64,000 nt of DNA. It comes from Felis catus (Eukaryota). The notes below the pieces were generated by a model. The model saw nothing but the letters and a program-made list of their open reading frames with translations, ran no database searches and was not told the DNA's origin. Of this stretch, positions 61,800 through 64,000 are shown piece by piece (positions within the stretch are counted from its first letter, which is position 1; each line of letters starts with the position of its first letter). The stretch is taken from positions 208,632,001 through 208,696,000 of the forward strand of contig NC_058368.1 in assembly GCF_018350175.1 (NCBI RefSeq), written 5' to 3'. A program made the position numbers and the translations under genes.

Positions 61800-61995
61800 C
61801 TTGAATGTGTGGTACAGACACCACTTACAAGCTGTGTAACCTTGAATAAATTATTTGTCCTCTCTGTACCTCAGTTCTCTCATCTGTAAAATGGGAATAA
61901 TAAAGGCGCTTGTGCCGCTACGAGAGCCAAATGGTTTAACGTATGTTGTAAAGCAGGTACCACAGCATCTTGAACACAGTAAACGCTCAATAGCA
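61800..61995 (+). mobile_element. MIR
   Basis: ccacttacaagctgtgtaaccttgaataaattattt...ctctgtacctcagttctctcatctgtaaaatgggaataataa. Confidence 0.88.
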
Positions 61996-62014
61996 GTTAA
62001 GAGTTCTTATAATC

Positions 62015-62220
62015 GGGGGCAACTGGGTGGCTCAGTCAGTTGAGCCTCTGACTTCAGTTCAGGTCATGATCTCACAGTTCATGAGTTCGAGCCCTGCATC
62101 AGGCTCGCTGTTGTCAGTATACAGCCCACTTCAGATCCTCTGTTCCCCTCTCTCTCTGCACCCACCCTGCTCATGCTCTCTCTCTCTCAAAAAAATAAGT
62201 AAATAAACATTTTTTTTAAA
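62015..62220 (+). mobile_element. SINEC with 16-bp TSD
   Basis: aagagttcttataatc (61999-62014) / aagagtttttataatc (62221-62236). Confidence 0.95.
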
Positions 62221-63402
62221 AAGAGTTTTTATAATCAGCATTATTAAAGCAAGAGAGTTTACAGCGAGGTTTCACTCTACCTGAACTCTTAATACATTCC
62301 CTTTGATTAAGCAAATTATATGTAGAATTCAAACTAACCAAACTGTATTCACATTTTGCAGAATCTAAAGAAGAATCTAAAGCCTTCAATTTAGGAAGTG
62401 TTCAGACAGGAGTCTTCCGTTTCTCAGACAGTGACATCTTCTGTGGAGGCGCCACATCCCAGCCCACCTTTCAGGGACATGAAATAAGCAAAGTAAAAGA
62501 AAAAGGAAGCAGAGTTTCAGAGAACTGAGTACGAAAACGGGGAACTTGCAGATATGGTATAAGTGCCTATGGCTACGACAGGCTAAGGATGGGAGTTATG
62601 GGTAACAGAGAAAGGCAGAGAAAGGCGATGCAGTCAGCGAGAGCACAGCGGAGGCTGCAAAGCCGGGGAAGTGCACAATCCCTGCGGTGCCGTCTGCACC
62701 ATTCAGGGAGGCACCCTGTCAACACACTTCCTGCCAGAAGTTTTCACCCCAATCTACTGGAGGATTTTCTCCAGATGAATAAATCTCCAGATACTTATGG
62801 AAAATAATATTTGCTTTATAATAAACTTCGCTAGAATGCATTTGCAGAGTACAATGAAGGAGGCCTACACACTTTTCTAAGGACGTAGGTGAAGCATGGA
62901 AAAGAGTACTGTAGAAACCCTTCAGCATAGATTAGACCAGACAAAGAACAAAAATATTCTGAGAATTGGTACGGCACCTATTTGCTTTTTCAACAGAGTA
63001 GTAAACTTGTCAGCAATGAAGAAAAAGCACTAATGAAATGAAACTTGGCTCTAAGCATTTGTTATTACTTGAAAAACACTCTCGGGGTTACCTAGAACCC
63101 ACCACAGTATATGTGTTGGAATGTTTCCATTCTCACCAAAAAGGACTGCAAAAGACACCCAGCCTTTGGCTAATGGTTGCTTAGCACAGGGAGCTTCTCA
63201 GCAATACTTCTTGTTTTTAAGAGGACTAGTCCAATTTGGTGACAGTCTGAAATACAAAGCACTTTTTATTGAATTACTTTATAGGAACATATGCTAACAT
63301 ATAGCAAAATGTGCTTTTCCCAGCAGTTTATCTGATACCTATTTTACTTAAGTATAACTTATAATTAGCCTATTGTTTATATGCAAAGTTATTAAACCGA
63401 AT

Positions 63403-63631
63403 GGGGCGCCTGGGTGGCTCAGTCGGTTAAGCGGCCGACTTCGGCTCAGGTCATGATCTCGCGGTCCGTGAGTTCTAGCCCCGCGTCGGGCTCTGTGCTG
63501 ACCGCTCAGAGCCTGGAGCCTGCTTCAGATTCTGTGTCTCCCTCTCTCTGACCCTCCCCTGTTCATGCTCTGTCTCTCCCTGTCTCAAAAATAAATAAAC
63601 GTTAAAAAAAATTTTTTTTTAAATAAATAAA
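63403..63631 (+). mobile_element. Feline SINEC, low divergence
   Basis: ggggcgcctgggtggctcagtcggttaagcggccgacttcggctcagg with CpGs intact. Confidence 0.96.
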
Positions 63632-63647
63632 TAAACTGAAGTCACTA

Positions 63648-63788
63648 GGGGCGCCTGGGTGGCTCAGTTGGTTTAGCGTCCCACTTTTGATTTCGGCACA
63701 GGTCACGATCCACGGTTCATGATATCAAGCCCTGCATCAGATTCCACACTGATAGCACAGGGCCTGCTTGCGATTCATTTTCTCTCCT

Positions 63789-63838
<50 letters not shown>

Positions 63839-63847
63839 CCTTCCCAG

Positions 63848-63878
<31 letters not shown>

Positions 63879-63905
63879 AAATAAATAAACTTAAAAAAAA
63901 AAAAA
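63648..63905 (+). mobile_element. SINEC with expanded (CT)n
   Basis: ggggcgcctgggtggctcagttgg head, long CT tracts, A tail. Confidence 0.95.
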
Positions 63906-63935
63906 GCTGACATCCTTTAAAAGTTTGTTCTTTCA

Positions 63936-64000
63936 GGGGCACCGGGGTGGTTTAGTCACTTAAATGTCCAACTCTTGATTTCTGCTCAGGTCGTGATCGC
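63936..64000 (+). mobile_element. SINEC 5' end (runs off the window)
   Basis: ggggcaccggggtggtttagtcacttaaatgtccaactcttgatttctgctcagg. Confidence 0.88.

Noticed and set aside
287..62043. Numerous 60-140 aa ORFs with ERERER, SLSLSL, MAQSV or GRGRERGRHR motifs
   Set aside because: They are translations of SINEC bodies and (CT)n/(CA)n repeats, not genes
1..64000. Host gene identity and transcription direction
   Set aside because: No recognisable exon; L1 fragments occur on both strands, so orientation bias is uninformative
1..64000. CRISPR array, operon or other prokaryotic-type system
   Set aside because: The sequence is mammalian; the recurring short direct repeats are target-site duplications around SINEs, not regularly spaced repeat-spacer units

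Overview
This is mammalian genomic DNA from a cat-family carnivore, not a microbial sequence. The evidence is 26 carnivore tRNA-derived CAN-SINEs (SINEC), five of them a near-identical young feline type, plus a young carnivore-type L1 3' end. The window looks intronic or intergenic. I found no coding exon, RNA gene or host gene that I can support. Most ORFs in the track are SINE, microsatellite or chance ORFs; the only recognisable peptide is a decayed L1 ORF2p C-terminus (~54.95-55.2 kb). The rest is old eutherian repeats (MIR, L2, L1M, MLT1 and LTR16-type LTRs, MER5/MER58 DNA transposons), microsatellites, and a few repeat-poor unique blocks that retain CpGs and may be regulatory. I did not find a convincing new biological system. 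The best-supported observations concern retrotransposition mechanics: three SINE doublets that reuse one target site (triplicated TSD), a SINE nested in an L1 with both TSDs intact, a twin-priming-type inverted L1, and a tail-only insertion. More speculative candidates are a CTCF site, enhancer-like motif clusters and a 9-nt microexon-like signal. Repeat subfamily names come from recalled consensus sequences, and old-repeat boundaries are approximate; both need RepeatMasker/Dfam confirmation.
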